From: Dehalococcoidia bacterium
GTDB taxonomy: Bacteria; Chloroflexota; Dehalococcoidia; Lucifugimonadales; SHYT01
DNA length: 64,000 nt
Reading direction: 5' to 3'
Assembly: GCA_009692665.1 (NCBI GenBank)
Contig: SHYT01000003.1
Coordinates: forward strand, 66,389 to 130,388
Notes under the pieces: generated by a model
Told to the model about the DNA's origin: nothing
The model's input: the letters and a program-made list of their open reading frames with translations, nothing else
The model's database searches: none
Position numbers and translations under genes: made by a program
Shown: positions 19,789 to 30,137 of the stretch, one piece after another
Numbering within the stretch: position 1 is the stretch's first letter
Layout: the number at the start of each line of letters is the position of its first letter

Positions 19789-21102
19789 GTGGCGGCCAAA
19801 GAGATAGGTATTGGCCTGCTAGGCCTAGGCGTTGTTGGCTCGGGCGTTGCCGAGAGCCTGCTTTCCAACCACGCGAACTTGGCGCGGCGTGTGGGCGCTC
19901 CCGTCGCCCTCCGCGGCGCAGTAGTCCGCGACGTCAAGAAGCATCAGACTACCCGCTCCTGGCCTTTTCCTTTGTACACCGATGCCTCCAAGGTGCTGAA
20001 CGCGCCGGACGTCGACATTGTCATTGAGGTCATGGGTGGCGAGCAGCCTGCGCTGAGCTACATGGAGCGCGCACTGCGTGCAGGCAAGCACGTGGTCACT
20101 GCCAACAAAGAGGTGATGGCCAAGCACGGCCCGCACCTGCTGGCCCTGGCACGCGAGATGGATCGCACGCTCAGCTTTGAGGCCAGTGTTGGCGGCGGCA
20201 TTCCCATAATCGGCCCGCTCCAGCGCGACCTGCTGGCGAATGATTTGGTGTCTATCCGCGCCATCATCAACGGCACCACCAACTACATCCTTTCCAAGAT
20301 GGCAAATGAGGGGATGGACTACAGCGTTGCGCTCAAGCAGGCACAACAGCTCGGGTTTGCTGAGGCTGACCCCACGAACGACGTGGAAGGCATCGACGCA
20401 TCCTACAAGCTGGCGGTGCTTGCCAGTCTGGCGTTCCACACACGCGTGACCGCCACGGATGTGCCGCACGAGGGGATTACAAAGCTGCGCGCCAAGGACT
20501 TCCAATACGCGCGTGAGCTTGGCTACGCTATCAAGCTACTGGCCATCGCCACGCGTGAGAACGGCAGTGTGTGCGTGCGCGTGCACCCAACCATGCTGCC
20601 ACAGGAAATGCTGCTGGCAAAGGTAGACGGTGCGTACAACGCCATCGAAGTGAAGGGCGAGCTGACCGGCACGCTCACATTCCACGGCCTGGGCGCTGGC
20701 TCCAAGCCAACTGCCAGTGCCGTGCTTGGCGACGTGGTCAACATCGCCCGCGCTCTTGCCGCCGGTGGCAGAAGCCCGTCACTGCTCACGCCTGAGGACT
20801 CAATGAGTGGCCAGGGCGCCACGCTGCGGAGTATGTCCGAGCTGTATCTGCGCTACTACCTGCGGCTAAACGTGCTGGACCGCGCCGGTGTGCTCGCCCA
20901 AATCGCCAGCGTGCTTGGCGAAGGGGGTATCAGCATCGCGTCGGTCATCCAGAAAGATACCGACGCCGTGGCCGGCACCGCAGAACTGATCTTCACGACG
21001 CATCCGGCCCAAGAAGCTCGGATGCGAGATGCGCTGAAGCGCATTGCGCAACTGCCGGTCATTAAAGAAGTTAGCAACGTAGTCCGAATGGAGCCCATCT
21101 AA
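19789..21102 (+). CDS. hom: Homoserine dehydrogenase with C-terminal ACT domain
   Basis: GLGVVG, HVVTANK, FEASVGGGIP, NGTTNYIL, GFAEADPT.DVEG, DRAGVL. Confidence 0.96.
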   Translation: MAAKEIGIGLLGLGVVGSGVAESLLSNHANLARRVGAPVALRGAVVRDVKKHQTTRSWPFPLYTDASKVLNAPDVDIVIEVMGGEQPALSYMERALRAGKHVVTANKEVMAKHGPHLLALAREMDRTLSFEASVGGGIPIIGPLQRDLLANDLVSIRAIINGTTNYILSKMANEGMDYSVALKQAQQLGFAEADPTNDVEGIDASYKLAVLASLAFHTRVTATDVPHEGITKLRAKDFQYARELGYAIKLLAIATRENGSVCVRVHPTMLPQEMLLAKVDGAYNAIEVKGELTGTLTFHGLGAGSKPTASAVLGDVVNIARALAAGGRSPSLLTPEDSMSGQGATLRSMSELYLRYYLRLNVLDRAGVLAQIASVLGEGGISIASVIQKDTDAVAGTAELIFTTHPAQEARMRDALKRIAQLPVIKEVSNVVRMEPI

Positions 21103-21284
21103 CATGAGACTCGCTGCGCATCCAAGCAAAGCGGGAATTGTAGAGGGTGGCTGCTTCCATTTTTGCGGTCGCATCGGCCTGGTACGAACCGGGCTCTGGC
21201 ATTTCATCAGAGCTAGGTTTGCTGGGCGGTAACCTGGCTTGCGTTGCATACTCGCACAGGTGACAATGGTGCGCAGAGGGAAGC

Positions 21285-22346
21285 ATGGCACAGAGCCTTC
21301 TTGAGAAATACAGCGCCTACCTGCCTCTGAATGACCGCACGCCGATGATTACGCTGGGCGAGGGCAACACCCCTCTAGTGAAGTCGGAGAGCATTGGCAA
21401 AGAGTTGGGCGCAGAGGTCTACTTCAAGCTGGAAGGGTGCAACCCTACCGGCTCGTTTAAGGACCGCGGTATGGTCATGGCCATTGCCAAGGCGCTGGAA
21501 GCCGGCAGCCGGTTCATCGCATGTGCATCCACAGGCAACACCAGCGCTTCCGCCGCAGCGTATGGCGCACATTACGGGCTCACCACACTGGTGCTTGTGC
21601 CAAAGGGCAACATCGCGTCCGGCAAGCTGGCGCAGGCCATCGCCTACGGCGCGCACATCCTCGCCATTTCAGGCAACTTCGACCGTGCGTTACAGCTGGT
21701 GCAGACACTCGCGTCCCGCTACCCCATCACGCTGGTCAACTCGGTGAACCCGTTCCGGCTGGAGGGGCAGAAGACTGGCGCCTTTGAGATTGTGGACGCG
21801 CTTGGTGAAGCGCCGGACTACCTGTGCATCCCGGTCGGGAATGCGGGCAACATTACGGCATACTGGCGCGGCTTTCGGCACTATAACCAGGCGGGCAAAT
21901 CGGCTCGCCTGCCCAAGATGATGGGCTTTCAGGCGGAAGGCGCCGCGCCCATTGTAATGGGCCATCCCGTGGAAAACCCGCAGACCATCGCGTCAGCCAT
22001 CAAAATCGGTAACCCGGCAAGCTGGCAATTCGCCGTTGCCGCGCGCGACGAATCAGGCGGGCGCATTGAAGCGGTGAGTGATGAGGAGATCCTGGAAGCG
22101 TACAAACTGATAGCGCGCAAGGAGGGCATCTTCTGTGAGCCTGCGTCCGCCGCGTCCGTGGCCGGCCTCATGAAGCTGGCCCGCGAGGGCGTGAACTTGC
22201 GGGGCAAGAAGGTGGTCTGCATCCTGACGGGCAACGGTCTGAAGGACCCTGAATTGGCGCAGCAGATTGCGGACATCCCCTTGCAAGAGGTCTCAGCTGA
22301 TTTGGAATCCGTAGAGGAAGCCGTCTCCAGCCTCTGGGGTCGCTGA
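21285..22346 (+). CDS. thrC: Threonine synthase
   Basis: NPTGSFKDRGM, CASTGNTS, PVGNAGN, TGNGLKDP. Confidence 0.96.
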   Translation: MAQSLLEKYSAYLPLNDRTPMITLGEGNTPLVKSESIGKELGAEVYFKLEGCNPTGSFKDRGMVMAIAKALEAGSRFIACASTGNTSASAAAYGAHYGLTTLVLVPKGNIASGKLAQAIAYGAHILAISGNFDRALQLVQTLASRYPITLVNSVNPFRLEGQKTGAFEIVDALGEAPDYLCIPVGNAGNITAYWRGFRHYNQAGKSARLPKMMGFQAEGAAPIVMGHPVENPQTIASAIKIGNPASWQFAVAARDESGGRIEAVSDEEILEAYKLIARKEGIFCEPASAASVAGLMKLAREGVNLRGKKVVCILTGNGLKDPELAQQIADIPLQEVSADLESVEEAVSSLWGR

Positions 22347-22539
22347 TGTCTGCGCGTCGCTGAGGAAGCGGCGTGGCGTCCTGTGAAAAAAACGAATCGC
22401 CGCAGTACGGCGGCTCTGCATCCCAACCCACTGCTTCCGCATCACAATCACAGTCAACTTGAATATTGCCCGGTATACACGAAGGCACGCGCCCGTATAC
22501 TTGAAGGAGACCCTCGTTGCTCAGTGCAGGAACTAGCTC

Positions 22540-23538
22540 ATGACCTTGCAGGTGACCCAGGGAACCTTCAATTCGGTGCGGGATATCTGGAAGGAGCTCC
22601 TCCCAACCTGCGCGGCCAACACCATTTTCCTAACGCCCCTCTGGCAGCAGACGTGGTGGGAGACGCTTGGCTCTATGGAGGGCGCAAGCGCTGGGCGTGA
22701 GCTGCTGCTTCTGGTAGTCCAGTGTGCGGGGCAGCCGATTGGTCTGGCGCCGCTGCAGCGCATGGGCAGCACCATCGCGTTCCTGGGCGATACCGATGTG
22801 TTTGATTATCACGATTTTATCTTTAAGCATGGCGAAGAGAAAGACTTCTACAGCGCACTCTGTAGCCACCTGAGCACGCTGGCATGGGACCATCTGTATT
22901 TTCCATCGGTGCCGCAGGAGTCGCCCACGCTCCAGTTTTTACCGGAAGAGGCGAAGCGTTTGGGCTGGCAATGTACCATTGAGCAAGAAGATGTGGCCCC
23001 TGGGCTTTCCCTCCCCAAGACCTGGGATGACTATCTCGCCAACAACCTCAACAAGAAAGACCGCCACGAACTCCGTCGCAAGATGCGGCGCCTCTTCTCC
23101 ACCGGCGAACCCAAGTTCCAGACCGTTTCCGACCCGCAACCTCTTGCTGACTACCTCACCCGTTTTCTGGACCTTATGCGCGCAGGACGTGAGGACAAAC
23201 GCACGTTCTTAACGCCGGAGCGTGAAATATTCTTCCGTGCCATCTGCGGCGCCGCTGCGAGCGCGGGCATGCTGCGGCTGCACTTCCTGGAGCTACAGGG
23301 GAAGGCCGTAGCCGCCGCGATTTCGTTCGATTACAACGGGTGTCGGCTGCTCTATAACAGCGGCTTTTCTCCAGAGCACGCATCGTTGAGCGTGGGCTTG
23401 CTCATGAAAGCGATGTCTGTGCAAGAGGCTATCGAAAAGGGGATGTCGTATTACGACTTCCTGCGCGGGAACGAGCCGTACAAGTACGACCTGGGTGGCA
23501 AAGACCGCGCAGTGTACCGGATCAATATATGGCGCTAA
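22540..23538 (+). CDS. GNAT/FemAB-fold protein (CelD/BcsL-like, Acetyltransf_6)
   Basis: FLTPLWQQTWW, WDDYL...RHELRRKMRRL, YNSGF..SVG, YDFLRGNEPYKY. Confidence 0.85.
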   Translation: MTLQVTQGTFNSVRDIWKELLPTCAANTIFLTPLWQQTWWETLGSMEGASAGRELLLLVVQCAGQPIGLAPLQRMGSTIAFLGDTDVFDYHDFIFKHGEEKDFYSALCSHLSTLAWDHLYFPSVPQESPTLQFLPEEAKRLGWQCTIEQEDVAPGLSLPKTWDDYLANNLNKKDRHELRRKMRRLFSTGEPKFQTVSDPQPLADYLTRFLDLMRAGREDKRTFLTPEREIFFRAICGAAASAGMLRLHFLELQGKAVAAAISFDYNGCRLLYNSGFSPEHASLSVGLLMKAMSVQEAIEKGMSYYDFLRGNEPYKYDLGGKDRAVYRINIWR

Positions 23539-23570
23539 CGCGCCACACTGGAAGAAAGAAGGCGAATTCG

Positions 23571-24788
23571 ATGCGTGCGGCTGTGATCAGCTTTCACACC
23601 TGCCCGTTGGATGCGCCTGGCGAGAAGAACGCCGGGGGCATGAACGTCTACGTCCGCCGCCTGGCGCAGGAGCTGGGCGCGCTGGGCTGCCGGACTGATA
23701 TCTTCACGCGCAAGCACGGCCACGAGCACCAGCCCATCGAAGAGATTGGCGAGGGAGCGCGGGTCATTCACATTCCCGCCGGCCCAGTCACGACTCCCAA
23801 AGAAGGTTTGTATGATTTCGTCCCGGGTTTTACGCTTGGCGTTTTGCAGTTTGCGGAGCGCAATGGCCTGCGCTATGACGCCATCCATGCGCACTATTGG
23901 CTATCCGGTGTGGCCGCGCTGCAGCTGCGTGCGGCGTGGAATGCGCCGGTGATCGCCACGTTCCACACGCTTGCGGAGATTAAGAAGCAGGCGCGGTTGG
24001 GAGAAAGCGAACCCGATATTCGCATTGAGCAGGAGAGGCGCATCATCGCGGAGGCGGATGCACTCCTCGTCTCCACCAGCCACGAGCAGATAGCCCTGGA
24101 ACGCCTGTACGAAGTGCAGCCCGCCAAGGTGCTGGTGCTGCCGCCGGGTGTTGATACGGAGCTCTTCCGGCCCGTTGAACGCACCGCAGCGCATGATGCT
24201 CTGGGCCTGAACGGGCGGCGGCACATGCTCCTGTTTGTGGGAAGACTTGATCCGCTCAAGGGGCTGGACATTGTCCTTGAGGCAATGGCGCTCCTGGAAG
24301 ACCACGACGACGTGGAGCTTGTAGTTGTCGGCGGTGAGCAGGAAGGTAAGTCGGAGACAGTGCGCCTTCGTCGTGTCGCGGATGTGCTCGGCCTTGGCGA
24401 CCACGTGCGGTTCGTTGGCATGGTTCCACATGAGGAGTTGCCCTATTACTACAGCGCCGCCGAGGCGCTGGTGATGCCCTCATACTATGAGAGCTTTGGG
24501 CTTGTGGCGCTGGAGGCGATGGCCTGCGGCACGCCCGTGGTGGCGGCGCGCGTGGGCGGACTGCCCACTATAGTGCGTGACGGCGAAACTGGCTTCCTGG
24601 TGCCCTGGCACTGCCCGGAACCGTTCTCCCAGCGCATCGAGATGCTGCTGACCAACAAGGGCCTGCGCGATTCTATGGGCCGCGCGGCGCGTGAGCGAGC
24701 GGCGCTGAGGGATTGGAACACGGTAGCTCAGGAAACCTTGGCGCTCTATGCGGAGGTCGCGCACACGCGGCGCTCACGCAACGCGTAG
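23571..24788 (+). CDS. mshA: GT4 glycosyltransferase, MshA (D-inositol-3-phosphate GlcNAc transferase)-like
   Basis: [48 protein letters not shown]. Confidence 0.8.
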   Translation: MRAAVISFHTCPLDAPGEKNAGGMNVYVRRLAQELGALGCRTDIFTRKHGHEHQPIEEIGEGARVIHIPAGPVTTPKEGLYDFVPGFTLGVLQFAERNGLRYDAIHAHYWLSGVAALQLRAAWNAPVIATFHTLAEIKKQARLGESEPDIRIEQERRIIAEADALLVSTSHEQIALERLYEVQPAKVLVLPPGVDTELFRPVERTAAHDALGLNGRRHMLLFVGRLDPLKGLDIVLEAMALLEDHDDVELVVVGGEQEGKSETVRLRRVADVLGLGDHVRFVGMVPHEELPYYYSAAEALVMPSYYESFGLVALEAMACGTPVVAARVGGLPTIVRDGETGFLVPWHCPEPFSQRIEMLLTNKGLRDSMGRAARERAALRDWNTVAQETLALYAEVAHTRRSRNA

Positions 24789-24817
24789 CCCTCTACAAAA
24801 TTTCGTGAGGTGGCTGC

Positions 24818-25510
24818 ATGGAAACTCCCGGCATAGTGCTTGTGGTCTTTGCGCACCCGGATGATGCAGAATTTGGATGCTGTGGCACCATTGCCAAATG
24901 GTGCAAAGACGGCGCTGAGGTGCATTACCTTGTCGCCACCTACGGCGACAAGGGTTCACAGGACCCGGACATGCTGCCGGAGCGGATGGCGATCATCCGT
25001 GAAGCGGAGCAGCGCGCCGCGGCCGCCGTGCTGGGCGTGAAGTCGGTGGAGTTCATGGGCTATCCGGATGGTGAGGTTGAGCCTTCGCGGGAGATGCTGG
25101 GCAAGATTGTGCGCCGCATCCGCCAGGTGAAGCCGGACGTGCTGCTCACCATGGAGCCGCACCCTCGGCTAACCCACTCGCACCGCGACCACCGGATGGT
25201 AGGGCTGACCGCAGAGGATGCATGCTTCCCCTATTGCCGCGATCGCCTCCACTTCCCGGAGCACCTGCGTGAAGGGCTGGAGCCGCACAAAGTCGGCGCT
25301 GTCCTTTTTTTCGGCGGCAGCGATGAGCACCATGAGTTCGTGGACATTTCCGATGTGATGGACACGAAGATCGCGGCCATTAAGAAACACGCCAGCCAGG
25401 TGGGCACTCGCGAGATTGGGCCTCAGCAGTTCGAGCGCGCCAAGGAGATCGGCAAGAAGTTTGGCGTGCAGTACGCCGAAGCATTCCGAAAGATAGAGTT
25501 CAGGCGGTAA
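24818..25510 (+). CDS. PIG-L/LmbE family N-deacetylase (MshB/BshB/Mca-like)
   Basis: AHPDDAE, IREAEQRAAAAVLG, HRDH, HASQ. Confidence 0.9.
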   Translation: METPGIVLVVFAHPDDAEFGCCGTIAKWCKDGAEVHYLVATYGDKGSQDPDMLPERMAIIREAEQRAAAAVLGVKSVEFMGYPDGEVEPSREMLGKIVRRIRQVKPDVLLTMEPHPRLTHSHRDHRMVGLTAEDACFPYCRDRLHFPEHLREGLEPHKVGAVLFFGGSDEHHEFVDISDVMDTKIAAIKKHASQVGTREIGPQQFERAKEIGKKFGVQYAEAFRKIEFRR

Positions 25511-25603
25511 GGGGTAGCCTGCCGGTGGAAACCGCCAGCGTAGCCGCAATAAGCAAGGCAACGGTGGTACACCGTGAGATGGTAAGATGAGGCGCGTCTC
25601 CAA

Positions 25604-26848
25604 GTGGAGATTGTCGGAGAATTCGCTTTGGCTTTCCGAGCGTTGCGGTACAGCAGCTACCGCTGGTTCTTGTCCAGCAGTTTGTGCCAGGCCTGCGCTA
25701 TGGGGATGCAGCAACTCGCGCTGGGCTGGCTGGTGTTACAACTTACTGGCTCCGTTGCGCAGCTTGGCCTGGTTGTGTTTCTGCAGGGGCTTCCAGGTAT
25801 GGTCCTCATGGTCTTTGCGGGAGCATTTGCGGACCGGGTTAACCGTAAAACGCTGCTGGTGGTCAGCCAAATACTGCTTACGAGTGTCATCCTCGCGCTA
25901 GCCTTACTGTATTTTACAGGGGTCATCCAGGTATGGCACATCTACGTGGGCGGTGTGCTTTCAGGCATAGTGCAGGCATTCAATATGCCAGTGCGGACAG
26001 CCATTGTTCGGGATCTGGTGGACCGCGAAAGCATCATGAATGCCGTGTCCCTCAACAACGCTATCGGGATGCTCTCACGCATCATCGCGCCGGCGGCCGC
26101 CGGGTTTATCATCGACTGGATCGGCATCGGCCCTGCTCTCTTGATGAACGCTGGCTTCTACACTGGTGGGGTGGTTTGCCAGCTGTTTATGGGCGGACTG
26201 CCTCGCCAGTCGCCAAAAGCCAGCGTTGGGCGTGAAGTCCTTGTTGGCGTGCAGTTCGTGGCGTCGCATCCGCAGCTCTACACGTTTATCTTGCTCACAA
26301 TGACAATGGGTTTCTTCGGGCAACCATACATGCAACTGACCCCTGCATATGCCACCACGGTCCTAGGTCTGGGAGCCCAAGGCACAGGCATGCTCCTCAC
26401 GGCGGGCGGGGTTGGTGCACTGTGTGGGAGTCTATTACTAGCTGCACTAGGGGATTACAAGTACAAAGAGCGTCTGCTGTGGACTACCATTTTCCTCTAC
26501 AACGCAAGCCTTTTCCTGTTCAGCTTGGTGCCAAACTTTGCGCTGGACCTGTTGATCTTGCCCATCGTGGGCTTTGGCGGCACAACCTTCCTGGCGTTGG
26601 CGAATATCATGCTGCAGCTCAACACTCCGCCAGGGCTGTCCGGCCGGGTCCTCAGCATCTGGATGATTGGCGGATCGCTTGTGTCTGTCGGAGCTTTACC
26701 CATGGGCATGGTGGCTAGCGAGTTCGGAATCCGCTTTGCGCTTGGCGGCGGCGCATTTATCTCCATGCTGGTGACCATTGCGCTGGCGCTCCTATACCTT
26801 CGTACGCGCAAAACAGTACGGCAAGAGCCTCTGCCTTTAGAGGCATAG
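25604..26848 (+). CDS. MFS transporter (~12 TM)
   Basis: GAFADRVNRK motif A; regular hydrophobic helices. Confidence 0.9.
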   Translation: MEIVGEFALAFRALRYSSYRWFLSSSLCQACAMGMQQLALGWLVLQLTGSVAQLGLVVFLQGLPGMVLMVFAGAFADRVNRKTLLVVSQILLTSVILALALLYFTGVIQVWHIYVGGVLSGIVQAFNMPVRTAIVRDLVDRESIMNAVSLNNAIGMLSRIIAPAAAGFIIDWIGIGPALLMNAGFYTGGVVCQLFMGGLPRQSPKASVGREVLVGVQFVASHPQLYTFILLTMTMGFFGQPYMQLTPAYATTVLGLGAQGTGMLLTAGGVGALCGSLLLAALGDYKYKERLLWTTIFLYNASLFLFSLVPNFALDLLILPIVGFGGTTFLALANIMLQLNTPPGLSGRVLSIWMIGGSLVSVGALPMGMVASEFGIRFALGGGAFISMLVTIALALLYLRTRKTVRQEPLPLEA

Positions 26849-27036
26849 CCTTCACACCTATCGTCGTGTCACCCTGGAACTATTTCGTCCAGGAGTTCGC
26901 CCATGCCGCCTCCCGTGGGACAGCCTCCAAAAGCCTTCGGAGCACGTCACACCGTCTTGCACAACCACCGCATCTCTCTAATGAAGACGTTCCGTGTCCC
27001 TTCCTGCGTACCCACGCGCGCTACAGCGGCCAGCAA

Positions 27037-27514
27037 GGCGGCGGTGCGGGCGTCATCGTGCACCAAGAGGGGCTGATAGTGACGAACGGGCGCGTGGTGC
27101 CGGCCCGCGTGCTGGCCATTGAGCGCGAACGTGATCTGGCGGCGCTGACCGTTGACGTCCACGGCCTGACGTCCATCGAGCTTGGGCGACTCAAAGGCGT
27201 TGCAGCTTGGGCAGTACGTCATCGCCATGGGCCATCCGTGGGGCATGACGAACGCAGCCACGGCGGGTGTTGTGGTTGGAGCTGCGGCGCATCCGGGGAT
27301 TCCGCGCATGGGGCGTGATTGGGTGGTGGTGAATCTCCACCTGCGCCCCGGTTACTCCGGCGGCCCGCTGTTTGACGACCGCGGCAGGCTCATTGGCATC
27401 AACACAATGATGGCCGTTCACGACGTGGGCATGGTAGTGCCGGTGCACGCAGCCAAGCGGTTCCTGCGGGACACCCTCGCCGTCACGGCAGATGAGTCTG
27501 CCGTGACGGTCTGA
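27037..27514 (+). pseudogene. Degraded trypsin-like (S1C/HtrA-type) serine protease
   Basis: GAGVIV..GLIVTN and RDLAAL in one frame; GDS..LQLGQYVIAMGHP and PGYSGGPL..GRLIGIN in another (shift near 27185); catalytic-His segment (TNAHV) missing. Confidence 0.75.
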
Positions 27515-27595
27515 CGGCAAGAGACATCCGGGCAAAGATGAAAGAGGGCCGCTCCGTGAACGGGGTGTCCTTCTTTTCCGATGCCTCATGATTCC

Positions 27596-28027
27596 CTAAG
27601 AGATGTTCGCCGCCGCGCCAACAAGATGCTCCGGCAGGATTTTTATCTTGATGCGGACCTCCGAGGTCTTCCCGCGGCCCGCGCCGGCGAGCCATCCCGC
27701 GTAGGCTCGACCGCTGTACTTCATGGACAGCTTGTCGATGTGTTCATCTGCGCCCTGCGTCGTCACTTCAACAACCCGCCCACGAATCTGGAGGTCGTTG
27801 CGCGTGCCGTTCTTCACGTCCGCGATGGACAGGGCAACGAGAGCATCTTTCTTAAGGTTGCGCGCTTTAGTGCGGCCCTGCGCGGTGTTTATATAGACGT
27901 ACTCACCGTCCGTGTCTACCCATACGGGGGTCACCTGCGGCGAGCCATCCCGCATCAACGTGGCAACGTGCGCGAGTACCGGCCTGTCCAGGAGTTCGCA
28001 GACTGCCGCCGGAAGTTTTTTGGGCAT
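27596..28027 (-). CDS. PPOX-class F420-dependent oxidoreductase (split beta-barrel)
   Basis: AHVATLMRDGSPQVTPVW, GRTKARNL, IDKLSMKY. Confidence 0.85.
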   Translation of the reverse strand: MPKKLPAAVCELLDRPVLAHVATLMRDGSPQVTPVWVDTDGEYVYINTAQGRTKARNLKKDALVALSIADVKNGTRNDLQIRGRVVEVTTQGADEHIDKLSMKYSGRAYAGWLAGAGRGKTSEVRIKIKILPEHLVGAAANIS

Positions 28028-28110
28028 TATTTTATTCTCCTCGCTTGTGAATGAAGCCTGCTCGAGGCAGGCTTTGTTCCCATGTGCAGGATATGCCGTG
28101 GGTAGCCGGG

Positions 28111-28935
28111 CTACTCGATGCGCGCGATGCGGTACCGCAGTGTGCCGCGCGGGCTGGAAACGGAGACTTCTTCGCCTGTACCCTTATCGATGAGTGCGCG
28201 GCCCAGCGGGGATGCGATGGAGATTTTCCCCTCGTGAGGGCTGACCTCTTGCGGATCGACCAGCAGGTACGTCACTTCTTTGCCGGACACGACTTCCTGC
28301 AACATTACTCGGCAGCCGTGGTAGACCTTAGAACGTGCAGTCTGGTGCTCGCCACTCAGCACCTCGGCACCTTCGAGCGTGGCCTCAATCTGCCGGAGCT
28401 GTCCCATAAGGTGTCCCTGCTGCTGGCGCGCGGCTTCTAGAGGGAAGTTCTCCCGGAAGTCTTTGTCGGCGGCCGCCTTTTTGATATCCTCAGAGTTCTT
28501 GATGAGGTCTTCTTTGAGCTGTACCAGCTTGGCCTGGAGGCTGGCATGGCCCTCAACGGTGAGCTGCGCGGGTTCCCTGGGCCGCCTCTTGGAGGCGTCG
28601 GAAGCCTTGCCAACCCGGCGCGCCTTTACGTGCGACGCCAGGCCCACAGGCAGCGCTGCCTGTTCAACGATATATGTGAAGAACTCCTTCAGCACCTTGA
28701 CTCGCTTGGATGCCGTCTCCATGCTGGTAGATATGGTGCTGGAGTACGCTTCAATATCTCGCGGTGTGAGTTGGGCAAGCTGATACTGACGCCCAAAATG
28801 CCGCAGAAGGCTACTCAGTTCTTGTTGCGTCGCGGCGTCGACTTTAGAGAGGCTCTGAAGGTAGAGGGTAGCCGCTGCTTCTAAAGTAGACGGGGTAAAC
28901 TGGGTGCTCACGAACGTCTCCGGCCTGTTAACCAT
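28111..28935 (-). CDS. greA: GreA/GreB transcript-cleavage factor with extra N-terminal helical domain
   Basis: LTVEGH..L, KDFRENFPLEAAR (acidic tip D/E), ISIASPLGRALI; ~110-aa N-terminal addition. Confidence 0.85.
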   Translation of the reverse strand: MVNRPETFVSTQFTPSTLEAAATLYLQSLSKVDAATQQELSSLLRHFGRQYQLAQLTPRDIEAYSSTISTSMETASKRVKVLKEFFTYIVEQAALPVGLASHVKARRVGKASDASKRRPREPAQLTVEGHASLQAKLVQLKEDLIKNSEDIKKAAADKDFRENFPLEAARQQQGHLMGQLRQIEATLEGAEVLSGEHQTARSKVYHGCRVMLQEVVSGKEVTYLLVDPQEVSPHEGKISIASPLGRALIDKGTGEEVSVSSPRGTLRYRIARIE

Positions 28936-29007
28936 GTAACTAGTGTATCGAGCACCCTTTCGCGCTGTCAACCAAACGATGAGCCCCAGCCAAGATCACG
29001 CGCGTGC

Positions 29008-29976
29008 TCATGACGCTTTGCCCGCGCGCTCCAGGATCTCTTCTCTACTGAACGGTGTTTGTAGCGGAGCAATCACCTCGCGGGCTAATGTCTCTACCTG
29101 CGACATGAACTCTTCCGGCCTGCACACCGCGCGCATCACCAGTTTTGTGGCACCGGCGTCTACGAACTCGTTCACCTTGCGCCGAACGTCGTCCGGCGTG
29201 CCCAGCGCCACCACTTCGCGTATTGGTTTCTCACGCCCAAGGTACAAGAGATCCGCGGCGCTCTCGGCAGCTTCTTGAGGTGTCCTGCCAAAGCGAAACT
29301 GCACGTAGGCGCCGAAGTGGTCCTCCGGGATTGCCCGGCCTGCCTCCGCCGCGTACCGCTTAATGGTGGTAACACCCTCAGCCACCTCGGCAGGGCTTGC
29401 CGTGCCCACCAGCCAGCCGTCACCATGATAGCCGGTGCGCCGATATGCGCCGTCGCTCTTCCCGCCGATCCAGATGGGTGGGCCGGGCTTTTGCCAGGGC
29501 TTTGGATACACCGTGATATCGTCTACCTGGTAGTACTTTCCGTGGTACGTCACGTGGTCTTCTGACCACAGCTTCCGCATGAGCGCGATGGACTCATCAG
29601 CTCTGCGCGCCCGCTCGATGGGCTTCACACCAGTAGCCTCCAGGTCGCGCGTTGCTGGGCTGCCAATACCAACCACGACCAGCAGCCGTCCCTGCGAGAG
29701 GAAGTCGAGCGTGGCGAGTTGCTGCGCCAGCGGTACAGGGTGCCGCGTGCCCAGCACAATCGCGCTTGGGCCGAACTTCATAAGCTTGCTGCGCGCCGCT
29801 ACGAATGCCATGGTCGTGATGGGATCAAGGTTCATGTTGGTAGAGACGAGCCGGTCGCTGAACCAGAGCGAGTCGATTTGCCACTCATCGCACCGATCGA
29901 TGAACTTAACGAGTGCATCGGGTGTTTTTCTTGGAAACGGCCACGCGCCAAAGCTAAGGCCCAGCCGAACTTTCAT
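29008..29976 (-). CDS. LLM-class (luciferase-like) flavin/F420-dependent oxidoreductase
   Basis: DSLWFSD, RHPVPLAQQLATLDFLSQGRL, PPIWIGG, GDGW. Confidence 0.9.
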   Translation of the reverse strand: MKVRLGLSFGAWPFPRKTPDALVKFIDRCDEWQIDSLWFSDRLVSTNMNLDPITTMAFVAARSKLMKFGPSAIVLGTRHPVPLAQQLATLDFLSQGRLLVVVGIGSPATRDLEATGVKPIERARRADESIALMRKLWSEDHVTYHGKYYQVDDITVYPKPWQKPGPPIWIGGKSDGAYRRTGYHGDGWLVGTASPAEVAEGVTTIKRYAAEAGRAIPEDHFGAYVQFRFGRTPQEAAESAADLLYLGREKPIREVVALGTPDDVRRKVNEFVDAGATKLVMRAVCRPEEFMSQVETLAREVIAPLQTPFSREEILERAGKAS

Positions 29977-30137
29977 TGTCCCTCCCCATCTCACGTCAAG
30001 CGTATTCTGCGCCGTGCACGCGTGTTGTCAAGCTTGACGGGAACTGAGTGAAAGGGGAAACTCCAAGGAAGGAGTGCTCCTCCTTCCCCTAGTACTCGGG
30101 ACAGGCTCTCTGGATACCCTGCTTAAGGATTTAGCGA

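Noticed and set aside
21103-21284. Missing thrB between hom and thrC
   Set aside because: hom-thrC without adjacent thrB is common; not informative from one window
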